DNA from: Macrostomum hystrix
Taxonomy: Eukaryota > Animalia > Platyhelminthes
Assembly: GCA_950097015.1 (NCBI GenBank)
Contig: CATNEN010000029.1
Location: forward strand, 8,556,001 to 8,620,000
Reading direction: 5' to 3'
DNA length: 64,000 bases
Shown here: in pieces, positions 37,190 to 49,699 of the stretch
How positions within the stretch are numbered: the first letter of the stretch is position 1
Layout: each line of letters opens with the position of its first letter
Program-made: the position numbers and the translations under genes
Notes under the pieces: model-generated
The model's input: only the letters and a program-made list of their open reading frames with translations
Told to the model about the DNA's origin: nothing
Databases searched by the model: none

Positions 37190-40100
37190 TCAATTGTTCT
37201 GATTCTGTTGGTTGTTCTCAAAGAACATAAAGTCCTGAAATGATTGAAAAACATCAAACTCTTATCTGTGAATGCCTGAATAGCACAATGAGCGCAACAC
37301 TTAACCGTCTGAAATCCTCAGAATAAATACGAGTATATCCACACAGTAGGTAGACTTTAGGGATAGAGAAATATTGCCAATTTCCTCTGGTAGGGTAGAT
37401 CTCTGCGTGGCATTTGGTGCGTGGCTGTGCAAACACACTCGCACACAGCTGTCAAACTAAGTAGCTGGGAAATAGAGAGCCTTATTGATTAATTACAATG
37501 CACACTTAAAACCGGACGGATCTCTCCTAAGTTACTATCTTAAATTGCACTCCGTATTTAAATAAGATCAGGATTGAAAAAAAACTTTCCTTCAGGTAGA
37601 CGAGCGGGTGCAACTATACCCTTAACAGAGTGCAATAATGCCTCGTCATCTGCTAAGCAATATCAAGACAGGCTTCTCTCGACTGGGTTAAAAAGCTAGG
37701 TCGTATATAGATATATGGGCCCGGACAGGCCAATGTGACTCCATTAGTCTCACCGCGGGATCGTCTGAGGGCTCTAACCCTTATATAGACATTCGGGATG
37801 GGGGTTTGAGTAGCCGAGAAGTGCAAATGGATTATTTGAACAGCCTAGATTTGCATATACGCTTCAGCACACAGACAGGATTGTGAGTGGGACGGTAGAG
37901 AAGGTTTTAAATCGAAATCCTAGAAACGCTGCGATCCCAGATCCTACTCTTAATTTCTTCATTATATAAAACCAAATCAACAACTATAACCTAAGTTTCT
38001 AATAATAATCCCAAGAATTAGATAACAAATCCAAGTTTCTAAAAAAATCCAATAAAAATCACAAATAAAAGATTCCAATTGAAATCCCAAGAAAAAGATC
38101 CGAAATCCCAGTTCCCAATAGAAATCTCAGGAATAAGATCCCAAATCTCAGTTCCCAACAATATCCCACGAATAAGATCCCAAATCTCAGTTCCCAACAA
38201 TATCCCAGGAATAAGATCGCAAATCTCAGTTCCCAAAATATCCCAGGAATAAGATCCCAAATCTCAGTTCCCAAAAATATCCCACGAATAAGATCCCAAA
38301 TCTCAGTTCCCAAAAATATCCCAAATCTCAGTTCCTAATAGAATCCCAGGAATAAGATCCCAAATCTCAGTTCCCATTAGAAATCCCTGGAATAAGATCC
38401 CAGATTCCAGTTTCAAATCGAAATCCCAAGAATAAGATCCCAAATTCCAGTTTCAAATTGAAATCCCAGGAATAAGATCCTAAATTCCAGTTTCGAATAC
38501 AAATTCCAATAATAAGATCCCGAATTACAGTGTCCAATACATATCCCAAGAATAAGACCCCAAATGCCAGTTTCCAGTACAAATCCCGAAGTATAAGATC
38601 CCAAATTTAAGAAAACGAAATCCCGATTTTAGATTTTTAAGTCCCGAAAATGCGATCCTTAGCATTAGCTCCCCAATCCCCCAAAATAAATCCCGAAAAT
38701 GACCCGAAATCCAAATCTGAATCCCAAAACTGTGCAAAATGGAGAAAAGCACAAGAACTCACAATGAGAAACACGGCGCCAATCATGGTGGCCTTCATCT
38801 TCACGTCCAAATCCATGGGGACTGAAATTTGTGTGCAGTGGCAAGTTGATGCGTAAATATCAGATCCGGAATTATTAAAGACATTTAGGATATTGAAATG
38901 TGATAAAGTCCGGGCCGACTTACAGGAGACGCCAAAGTTGTCGGCATCGGTGAAATATTCGCGAATGAAGCCGGACCATTGCTTGCTGATTTTGCCCACC
39001 TCATGTGCCATGTCCGCTGAGAACACCTTGATAATTTGAGCAGTAGGTATATACGATAGGAAGTGAAAAAATCCATTAAATCAATACCAGAGACACGGAG
39101 GTCAATGGGATTCCGCTCCCCAATTAGACACGGAGGTCAATGGGATTCCGCTCCCCAATTAGACACGGAGGTGAATAGGATTCCGCTCCCCAATTAGACA
39201 CGGAGGTCAATGGGATTCCGCTCCCTAATTAGACACGGAGGTCAACGGGATTCCGCTCCCCAATTAGACACGGAGGTCAATGGGACTCCACTCCCCAATT
39301 AGACACGGAGGTCAATGGGACTCCACTCCCTAATTAGACACGGAGGTCAATGGGACTCCACTCTCCAATTAGACACGGAGGTCAACGGGATTCCGCTCCC
39401 CAATTAGACACGGAGGTCAACGGGATTCCGCTCCCTAATTGGACACGGAGGTCAATGGGATTCCGCTCCCCAATTAGACACGGAGGTCAACGGGACTCCA
39501 CTCCCTAATTAGACACGGAGGTCAATGGGACTCCACTCTCCAATTAGACACGGAGGTCAACGGGATTCCGCTCCCCAATTAGACACGGAGGTCAACGAGA
39601 TTCCGCTCCCTAATTGGACACGGAGGTCAATGGGATTCCGCTCCCCAATTAGACACGGAGGTCAATGGGATTCCGCTCCCCAATTAGACACGGAGGTCAA
39701 TGGGACTCCACTCCCCAATTAGACACGGAGGTCAATGTGATTCCGCTCCCCAATTAGACACGGAGGTCAATGGGATTCCGCTCCCCAATTAGACACGGAG
39801 GTCAATGGGATTCCGCTCCCCAATTAGACACGGAGGTCAATGGGATTCCGCTCCCCAATTAGACACGGAGGTCAATGGGATTCCGCTCCCCAATTAGACA
39901 CGGAGGTCAATGGGATTATGTGCTCATACTCAGCGCAGAGTACCAACCTTGAATTCTTGGTCCCAGGTGCAGCAGGGTCCCTGGCAGATGCACACAGGGC
40001 CTCTAATCAGCAGCACAACCTGTCTGTCGGCATTTTGAATCTCGTACCGTGGCTCCAGGCAGGAGGACTGCTGCCTGACGTATCCGACAACAGTGCCTGG

Positions 40101-42619
40101 CGGGGCTTCAATCTGCAGCTCGTGGGCGCAGGCGTCGGCGCCGGCCAGGCAGTAGCAGCCGGGGCAGGCCAGGCACTTGAATTCTCGGCTGACCCTGATG
40201 ACCTCCGTGCCCAGGTTGTCGGTGATGTGCATGACAAAGCCGCGCTGCGGTCCGCAGCACTGGCGGGCGCAGACATCCGACTCCTCGGCGGCGAAGTACA
40301 CCTTGGCGGCGCGAGCGGGCGGGATGAGGTCACGCTTTGGAGTCTCAAGACACTCTACAAAAGTACATCAACTAACTGGGGGAGATTTGCAGAGCGGTCT
40401 AACGCGTTTGCCTCTCGCACCAATGTCCGTGAGCTCGGTTCCGCGGTGAGGCGACATTCAGTTAGGACGCAGCCGCGGAGAGAAGGCTTGGGGGCTTGTC
40501 GTGCAATTTACACCCTTGAGGCCCAACCTCCAAGGCACAGTGAGAGTGTACACTGCCTGACGATGAGAAAGACAGTGCAGATGTACACACCTGTGTGAGC
40601 GTGTGCCTGCGTGCTACAGTATCTGCGTGCGTGTGTGCTTAGGGGTCAGCGAAATGGGCAGAATTGCCCGTTATTATTACATCAACTGGTTGCTCCGAAA
40701 ATCTAGAGGTCGGGAGTTCGAATCTTAGCCCAGCAGAAACTCAGTCCATGAACTAAACAGCCTTTAAATGAATTATATAAGTAGTTACTGCTGCGTCGCT
40801 GGCTTTATACCTCGGTACTAATTGGGCTATGCATAATTTCTCTCTATTCCATTAATAATAATAATTGATTACACCAGCCCCAATCGGGTCAGATGTGCAG
40901 CCGACAGCACAGCCGCAGCTAATGCGCGGCGCATCTGAAGGCTGCGTACAGCTGTTCAGTCCATGGACTGGGGAGGGACGCCAAACCCCACCTTCAATTA
41001 TCCCAGCTGGTGCTGGTACCCATTTAGCAGCTGTTGTGAACTGTAGCAATGCAGAGATAAGTGTCTTGCTACAGGAGACAAATTGTTTCAGTGGAGTCGG
41101 GAATCGAACCCCCGACCTTCAAATCGTGAGTCCGACGCTCTAACCAATATGCTACAACCTTTTTAATTAAATAAAATAAATTAAAACATTAATTAAAACA
41201 AAATTCCAGTTAAAAAATACACAGATAGATAGGGAAAAGGCAGAACAAAAAGTGCAACAGTTGAAGAGTTTCTAAATAACAGCCAGCTTTGGCATCACAA
41301 AACAACTGGAGGGGTTAAACAGACACTGCTGAAGGGAAGGGGTATAGAGAAAATACATCAGTGGGTATTTTTGCGATCAATTCTCCACTCCAGTGTCTAT
41401 TGCTTTGCACACTGGGCTACAGGGTAGCCCCTGCCGAATGCTCGGGCATAAACCAGTTGGGGCTGGGCCCACAACTAAACAGTGTCGGCTTAGTCCGCAC
41501 ACTGCATGCCAGTTAAGCAGTTCAAAACATCAACTGTCGATTAAGGACCGAATAATTAGCCATAAGAGCTAACATATTGGCTTGAAAAGGATGATAACTT
41601 TGTGGGATCTTGTATCAAATTACTTAGCCTACACACTGAATTTACTGATTGACAGCTGAATTGATTTTGCAATCTGCAGCAGGACGAACATCTCACCCCA
41701 CTAGCTAAAAATCAATGAAATCTCACCCCACTGGCTAAAAATCAATGAAATCTCACCCCACTGGCTAAAAATCAATGAAATCTCACCCCACTGGCTAAAA
41801 ATCAATGAAATCTCACCACACTGGCTAAAAATCAATGAAATCTCACCCCACTGGCTAAAAATCAATGAAATCTCACCCCACTGGCTAAAAATCAATGAAA
41901 TCTCACCCCACTAGCTAAAAATCAATGAAATCTCACCCCACTGGCTAAAAATCAATGAAATCTCACCCCACTGGCTAAAAATCAATGAAATCTCACCACA
42001 CTGGCTAAAAATCAATGAAATCTCACCCCACTGGCTAAAAAATCAATGAAATCTCACCCCACTGGCTAAAAATCAATGAAATCTCACCCCACTGGCTAAA
42101 AATCAATGAAATCTCACCCCATAGGCTAAAAAAGCATCATCCACGTTAAAAAAATTCTTCGAATTCGATATAAATTTTAAATGAGCAGCTCACCTGCTGA
42201 CCCACGCTATTCTTAATCTGGTATTTGTTCTTCGTCTCCCAGTTAGTGAACACCTCTAGCAACTCAATCTGCTGGTGCACCAGCAGCTGGTCCACCTGAG
42301 TCAGGTACTCAAGGCCGGGCGGACAGCCGGGCAGAGCGGCCGGTTTGTTCATCCACACCACTTGGCCCGGTGCGGGAGCCGCGCCTTGCTGCTGCTGCTG
42401 TTGTGGCTGTCCATAACCAGGTTGTGGCTGTCCATAACCAGGTTGCGGCTGTCCATAAGCAGGTTGCGGCTGTCCATAACCAGGTTGTGGCTGTCCATAA
42501 CCAGGTTGTGGTGGTCCGTAACCAGGTTGTGGTGGTCCGTAACCAGGTTGTTGTGATCCGTAACCAGGCGCAAATCCAACAGGTGGTGGCTGGTGATGCT
42601 GCTTTGATGAGTCAACCAT
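37190..42619 (-). CDS. PLSCR: Phospholipid scramblase (PLSCR family); exons 42619-42194, 40301-39948, 39026-38924, 38821-38763, 37234-37190, 328 aa
   Basis: [39 protein letters not shown]|[42 protein letters not shown]|[20 protein letters not shown]|DFMFFE matches PLSCR1-type scramblases. All introns are GT-AG with matching phases. Confidence 0.95.
38085..38640. repeat. Degenerate ~33-bp minisatellite (ATCCCAGGAATAAGATCCCAAATCTCAGTTCCC) in the last PLSCR intron
   Basis: Direct periodicity. Confidence 0.88.
39088..39916. repeat. 35-bp minisatellite (GACACGGAGGTCAATGGGATTCCGCTCCCCAATTA), PLSCR intron 2
   Basis: Direct periodicity. Confidence 0.96.
40378..40677 (+). mobile_element. SINE family A, 3'-shortened, 10-bp TSD TACATCAACT
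   Basis: TACATCAACT at 40364-40373 and 40678-40687; head, body and short TTA tail. Confidence 0.85.
40860..41158 (-). mobile_element. SINE family B (CORE-like), with (TTA)n tail
   Basis: Minus strand TAGCATATTGG...GGTTCGATTCC...GCAAGACACTTATCTCTGCATTGCTACAGTTCAC..CAGCTGCTAAATGGGTACC. Confidence 0.82.
41693..42125. repeat. 30-bp minisatellite (CTGGCTAAAAATCAATGAAATCTCACCCCA) x~14, PLSCR intron 1
   Basis: Direct periodicity. Confidence 0.96.
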
Positions 42620-42879
42620 AATGCTTGGATAGGTTGGACCACGTATAGCTTAAATTATATAGTCAGCTAACCTGAAACAGATTCATATATAATAGTTGCG
42701 TTAAAACTCTTTTAAAGTTATGTGTCATGACTGTTATCGTTATCAAACTTGCTGTACGTTAAACATATGAATCGTCGCTATTGGCCGAAATTGGTCATGT
42801 CGCATATAATGTTTTTATAAGGAACAGGTTTTTATGGAATAAAGCTTTAGTTAATAATACTAATAATAGCAACTAATGC

Positions 42880-43112
42880 CACATCTAAAGGCTGCTGCGT
42901 GACGCTGTGTACGGCTGTTCAGTCCATGGACTGGTAAGACCTGCCCCACTCACCCTCAAATAGCCCAGCTGATGCTAGTAGTCATTTAACAGCTGGGTGA
43001 ACTAAAGCAATGCAGAGTTAAGTGTCTTGCTAAAGGGCACAAAATTGTTCTAGTTAAGTCAGGAATCGAACCCCGACCTTCAATTCGTGAGTATGATGCT
43101 CTAACCACTAGG
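42880..43112 (-). mobile_element. SINE family B (CORE-like)
   Basis: Minus strand GCCTAGTGGTTAGAGC...GGTTCGATTCC...GCAAGACACTTAACTCTGCATTGCTTTAGTTCACCCAGCTGTTAAATG. Confidence 0.8.
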
Positions 43113-43949
43113 CAAAACTTTTATAGTCTAACTTGGCATGTACCAAATGTATCCTTAAAATATATGTAAACTTCAAGAAAACTATTTTCTTAATTATTAT
43201 AAAACAAAAAAGTAGGTCACATTACATTCACGAGATTGTGCAGCTGCAGATGGCATTCTGTGTTGGCTTATTCGTAGGCATGAGGGCACACTGACAGGGT
43301 TAAAGCAATTGACTATTATTTTCTAAATGTTGCGGTGGTCAAACTAAAACTTGATTGCAAAAAACCTTCTTATCTAAGATAAGTGTAACCTCCCTATCCA
43401 TTCTAAATTGGCTGAGACAGTTCAAAGCTATGCCTGTTGCTAAAAATAGGCCCTTGCACTTGTGCAACTCAGAATGCGAAGTAACATATATGTTTAAGGG
43501 AGTGACTGATTGACCAAAAATGGAATCTTATTAATCATGAATGCTTATTATTCAAGGCAAAATATTTGCTTCTAGTAAAAGCACATTTACCACAACCAGA
43601 AATAAAGAACATGACATTAAAAATTCTGAACACAAGAAAACAGTCTTTAGTCCAGTTTTATTGACTATGGCAAAGCATGTTCTAAATAATGTCAGTGTCA
43701 AACTTTAGATACAGGTTAAAGAATAAATTTCTTTATTTACCATATATAGCAATTTAATAAGAACACAAAAGTTACAAGACAAAAATATTTTCAAGACTGT
43801 AAGATAGCACAATGACTTTATGGCTGGAAAAAATAAACAAGTGAAAGACTGCACTCAGTCTCCCACCACCTACCACAAGCAATCCATCAGCTTTTTGTGC
43901 TGACCTGCACTTCCTCTATACATGTTGATCTATGTATTATTTACTTAGT

Positions 43950-46900
43950 TATCTTACATGTAAGGTCAAGTTGCCTATGTCCTAAGGCTTGAAATTGGGG
44001 CAAACTGCATTTTAGTAGCCACATTTCAATTAGGATTTATGCAGAGGGCATCTTGTATTCACAAGTAAATCTCTCTTGAAAACAAGAGATTAATTTCCAT
44101 GCATGCTTGTGTAGTGAGCCACTGCTTAGGGGCCTATTGGTGTCTCACTAGCTGTCAGTAGCCCCACCTGCAAGGTAGCTTAGGTGTCCCCTTTTTGCTT
44201 GCATTGAGTGGCTGCCCGGCCCGCCCTCTCTGGCGTTGTCTGGTCTGTCCCTCTCTGCCCTTTCCTTCCCGGCGGCGCCTGCACTTAAAGTGTGTTGTCT
44301 CTTCCCCCCAGGGATGAGTCATCACCTCTTTGTCCCGCGCTGGCTTTGTTGTCCCTTGTCCTTTTTCTTTGTGTGTGGTTGTCTGCACTCAGTCAGCGCG
44401 TGATTCTCCTCATGTGACTGGCCTCTCTCTTTGTCTTTTAAAGTGCAAGTAAACATGTTTACTGCACTTGGGGCTTTGATGGGACAGGAACCTACGTAGG
44501 AGTGACGTTTCTGGTGCCACTGACGTCAGTTGCTATTTTTAGAAACCACGTGATTCCATCACGCTGCGCTCTGCTGTCCATCCGGTGACGGGCTATACGC
44601 CGCACTTCCTAGTCTACGGCAGAGAGTTTCGCCTACCGATTGACAACACCCTAAAGAAGCTGCCTGAGTACGACAACCTGCCTGAGTATATCAAAGACTT
44701 CCAACATCGACTCGACGAAGCGACCGAGCTAGCCAAAAACCGACTGGCCCTACATCAGCAGCTACGAGACGAGCACTACTCAAGCCTACCAGCAGCGAAG
44801 ACGCTCAAGCCTGGCGATCTAGTTTTCATCAACAATCCAACGCTACAACCAGACGAGGCGGCTAAATTTCACCGTCCTCGGAAAGCCCTTTATGAAGTCG
44901 TTGAGCAAAAGGGTGAGGTGGTTTACAAGATCAAACGTAAATTACCCAACCCCCGAGCCCGACGCGATGAGCAGGTTGTTCACAGACGGAACCTGCTGTT
45001 GGTCCCAAGCGCCGACTACGCTCTCTCAGATCCGGAACTCGACGCTAGACCGCGACAACGACGCCGAGGCTCTGCAGACGGCCCAGGACCTGCGACCCTG
45101 CGACTGTCTGTGAAGGCCCGGATGACTCCGACGACGAGGAAGAAGAGCGACCCCTCCGGCGGTGGTACTTCCGACAACCATCGACTATGGAGATCCCGCC
45201 TGGAGAAGGTCCCACGACAGCACCGACTAATCAGGCGAGTAATCCTCGGTGTGATCCACTGCCGTATGGTGACCGCCAGGTTTCTCTGTCTGAAATGAGT
45301 GTGTCTGTTCCTGCTCTTTCTCCCTCTGTTTCTCTTCCACCTCCTGAGCCTCCCTCTCTTGGTGCTCAGAAAGGGGATGTTACTTTGCCAATTGCCCCCG
45401 ACGAACCTGAACCTCTGGGTTTTCATAGGCCCATAAGGGATCGTAGGCAGCCTGATCGGCTAGTTTTAGATCCTAGGGCGAAAACCTATGTTAGCGGCGT
45501 AGCCCGCAGAGTTCGTCGCCTTTTACCCCGTTGCAGCTGGACAATGCGGTCTTCTAAACGCAGCCACGCACCTCGCCCGGATTCGTCCGACGAAGAGAGC
45601 CCAGCCAGGAGGCGCCGGCCAACGCAGTCCGACGCAATGTCCGTCCGAGTGCGTGCTATAGGTGCCGCTGCCGGGCAGTTTGAGCCGTTCGGTGGCCCGT
45701 GCAACGCACCCTGCGTACCCGTTCACCTCCGCGTCGGAACCCCGGCCGCCCTTCGAGCGGCCCGGGAGAACAGATTTTACGAACGGCAGCGCCAGACGGA
45801 CAACCTGGATGCACGCCGGCTGGTCAGCCACACAGCCAGTTCCGCGCCACGGCCCGTGTCCCCCGAAGTGGACTGTGACCCGATCCTGCGCGGAATCCGC
45901 CAAATTCGCATGACGCCGAGTGTGACATCAGCGACGTCCACGCCGGCTCGTCAGCCGCTGGCTCCGATGCAACATGGCAGCTGGCTGCCTGCGCAGGCTT
46001 TACCGGCTCCAATCACCCCCTTAGAGGGTAGGAGCGAGGTAGCAGGGACATTGAGGATGACCCGCCGTCCTCTGTCCCCGCTCCACCTGCAGTTGAAGGT
46101 GAAAGCCGCCGAAGATGCCACCCGCGGTCGTGCCCGTCCTGAAGCTGCCGACGGCGCCGCCGACATTCCGCGACGCCGGTACAATGACCGACACTGGAGA
46201 AACCGCCCAACTGCGTGAGGCCGCGGCCCAAGACCTGGCGGCCCTGATCGCCGACGCGGCGAGATTTAATGTCAGCCTAGATTACCACAGCTGGCCAAGA
46301 CTCAAGGAGGTCCAAAGCCTGAGTGTGGCGGACCAACAGGTGATCCTGGACACCGCACTAGACCTGGCGCGCCCCCATTTGCGACCGGCTCAATACCCAG
46401 TGGCGGCTTGGGCTGCCGCTGAGTCCTTCGCCAAGGTCGTCACTACGAGGCCAAAGGTGCCCGACGCCCATTTCTTCTTAAATGGAGTGTAGACAACCCT
46501 TTAGCACTAGGTAACGCGACATCAGAGGCATCCCTACCTATACCTAGGGGCTCTGCCTAACAATTGTTTCTCTGTATGATCTGTTGACCTGTCAATTTTA
46601 TCCCCTTACTTCTCTTTGCTGACACCATGTCTTAAAATTGACATCCGGCCCTTTTCCGCCCAGTGCAATCGACATGTTTATTGCTTCTCTTTAGTGTGTA
46701 TTCGTGTTTGTCCTTTTCCCCCTTTTTTGGTTTGCTAGCGTTTGATTTTGCCGGGCAGTTTGCCCTTTTGTTTTAAGCTCTTTAATACACCCATTATTTT
46801 CGTTTGTTCAATAAATTTTCTCCGTTGTCTCTCCGACTATTTATTTGGACGGGGAGAGTGTAGTGAGCCACTGCTTAGGTGCCTATTGGTGTCTCACTAG

Positions 46901-47563
46901 CTGTCAGTAGCTCCACCTGCAAGATAGCTTACTATGTACCTTACATGTATCTTACATGTAAGGTCAAGTTGCCTATGTCCTAAGGCTTGAAATTGGGGTA
47001 AACTACATTTTAGTAGCCACATTTCAATTAGGATTTATGCAGAGGGCATCTTGTATTCACAAGTAAATCTCTCTTGAAAACAAGAGATTAATTTCCATGC
47101 ATGCTTGTGTAGTGAGCCACTGCTTAGGGGCCTATTGGTGTCTCACTAGCTGTCAGTAGCCCCACCTGCAAGGTAGCTTAGGTGTCCCCTTTTTGCTTGC
47201 ATTGAGTGGCTGCCCGGCCCGCCCTCTCTGGCGTTGTCTGGTCTGTCCCTCTCTGCCCTTTCCTTCCCGGCGGCGCCTGCACTTAAAGTGTGTTGTCTCT
47301 TCCCCCCAGGGATGAGTCATCACCTCTTTGTCCCGCGCTGGCTTTGTTGTCCCTTGTCCTTTTTCTTTGTGTGTGGTTGTCTGCACTCAGTCAGCGCGTG
47401 ATTCTCCTCATGTGACTGGCCTCTCTCTTTGTCTTTTAAAGTGCAAGTAAACATGTTTACTGCACTTGGGGCTTTGATTATGGGACAGGAACCTACGTAG
47501 GAGTGACGTTTCTGGTGCCACTGATGTCAGTTGCTATTTTTAGAAACCACGTGATCCCATCAC
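43950..47563. repeat. ~613-bp direct repeat (43950-44562 and 46948-47563): 160 bp of non-LTR flank plus ~453 bp of LTR
   Basis: Near-identical sequence at an offset of 2998-3001 bp. Confidence 0.93.
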
Positions 47564-47829
47564 ATGTTTTCTAACTCTGCACTGACCCTATGGGGGGCCC
47601 CTGCCTATAAAAGAAAGCTCCCTGCTCCTCTGGCTCTTTAGAAGCGTCGTTCTAGTTCTGGTTCTTCTCTGATAGCGATACTCTGACTTCGATATAGTCA
47701 CTGTGCCATCAGTGTCTAAGTTTCCTACTTCAGTCTCTACATGTGACTGCACGTAAGCTCAGTTCTGGCTAAGTCCCGAAACTAACTTAGCCTTCCACCC
47801 CACCATCCGAGCTACGCAGGACACTAACA
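44110..47829 (+). mobile_element. Rearranged Ty3/Gypsy LTR retrotransposon: partial LTR 44110-44562, integrase C-terminus 44563-~45480, extra ORF region to 46492, PPT 46848-46858, LTR start 46859-~46932, probable full LTR 47108-~47829
   Basis: Integrase end LRSAVHPVTGYTPHFLVYGREFRLPID...LKPGDLVFI...ALYEVV...VVHRRNLL and tail RPIRDRRQPDRL. Polypurine tract GACGGGGAGAG abuts TGTAGTGAG. There are three TGTAGTGAGCCACTGCTTAGG LTR starts and TATAAAA at ~47606. The right LTR boundary is uncertain. Confidence 0.85.
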
Positions 47830-49699
47830 GCCTGTAATTGCAACTGAAACTCTGCACTGTGTGCTTCTTGAGACTTTGTGACTTTATCTCTTTCGGGCCA
47901 AGGATCCTTCACCTCACCGAAGGCAGATGTCCTGACGCCCTGGTGGCAGCACTACTACTACACTACCTAGTATTCTTGGACTTCATATTGGAGTTTGCCG
48001 GATCCCGCATTGTTAGCAGGACGACTGGTACAACACTTGGGATCAAAGTTTGCATACATGTCTATTGGCCGGAGGTCAAAACCGCAGTGCTACAACTGCA
48101 GTATTTGCTGTACTTTTACTTATCATAGTGCTGATATAAGAAAGCAATTATCATTTAACATTTGGTTAATAGTATGACTATATGACTATTCTTCATTTTG
48201 GCTAATGGTTCAAATATTTTATATAATATACAAACTGCATATAAAAGAGAAATTTTCACTAGCAAACTTGGGCATGCGAATTCCTTACAATGCAGATTTC
48301 AGCAAGCAAATATCCATTAGCAGGTTTTAGCAAGCAGACTTTAGCCATCTAACTTTTGCTAACAGATTTCTTATTAGCAAAACTAATAGACCTATGTTTT
48401 ATGTCTCTCCTCTCAGTGAGATAATGTTGTTGCTACTCTAAAAGTTTTATTAGCTATGTTGATGGAAAAGAAACTGCTGTTTAAAAAAAAAATTTTTAGA
48501 ATTGCTGCTATATACAGATAGGACATTCATTATCTATAGAAGTTCTAACCTTGTTATATATATATCCTTGAAAATGTTGTGCTATAAATTTAGACAAATA
48601 CATTACATATAATCATAAAAATTATAAAGGGTCTATTAGTATAAAAAAGGTAGTTGTTATTTGTCCGGTTAATTATTTTATCTTACAAATGATAGAGGTT
48701 CTCGTGGTAGCACTACAACCCGTTATAACTTTGTTAATCACTCAAGAGGAAAGCCTATCGAGGAGTTAAAATTGTGGTCCTTGCTGTTGATCCGGGTATC
48801 GTCCTTCACTGGTGACCCAGTTGACTTTTTAGAAGTATTCAAATGAGTCGCTACAACTTCACGCTTCAAAGGAACTTAGGTTACTCTTTAGTTGGATAAA
48901 AATACAAATCAAACAGACATTAGTTAGATATAAACAATTTGGCTTTAAAGGGAAGATCTCTTCCGAAATGCATAGTTTGGTGCCTTCCTTCTAATGCAGA
49001 CATTTGGTAGTGAAATCTAAAATTAACAATAAAATCACTAACTGGACGAATAATCAAACGGCTAGGCCTACCATAAAAAATATGTGCTTTAATTAAAAAA
49101 CAAAATAGGCCCAATAAAATTTCTGCTGTTGAAAAATTACAACTAAATCACAATAATGATCAAAATAAAACTACTAAAAAGACAGATTAATTAAGAATTT
49201 TCAATGTTTTTAATTGTTTTCAAAAACAAAACAAAATAAAGAACAGTCTAATTATATGGCTAGATGAACTATGCTTATTCAATTATTTTTAGGCCCTAAC
49301 CAGTTACAGTAGTAAGTCCAAGACATAGGCCAGTTCATCGTTAAATGTTGTCTTTTTGCCTTTTCTTCCTCTATAGTACATAGTATAGTAGCTATAGTAG
49401 CTAGCATATCATTTAGTATATCGTCTATGACAACATGTATAGGACTATAGTCTATAGTAAAGGTCTATGAAATTACAGCTCTGTGATAAATTAGTCAGTT
49501 TGTATGGTTACAATAGTGTAATAATACAAGCAAGCGCAATTGATAAACCTATAGTTGTGAGCCGAAGACAAGAGCTATTATTAAGTAAATGACGGAGACA
49601 GTACTACGAGTATAAAACCATGTACCTGTTTAACCCGACAGATATTCAGACACATATTCAAAACAATCGCTCCCGATTTTTAACAAAAACACCCCATCG

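Noticed and set aside
39088-39916. CRISPR-like appearance of the 30-47-bp repeats
   Set aside because: Units are head-to-tail with no unique spacers, there are no cas genes, and the context is eukaryotic and intronic.
44155-44388. Identical 77-aa minus-strand ORFs at 44155 and 47153
   Set aside because: They are antisense readings of the duplicated LTR segment, identical only because the DNA is duplicated.
45187-46492. env gene for the Gypsy element
   Set aside because: No signal peptide, furin site with fusion peptide, or transmembrane anchor is visible; reported instead as an unknown extra ORF.
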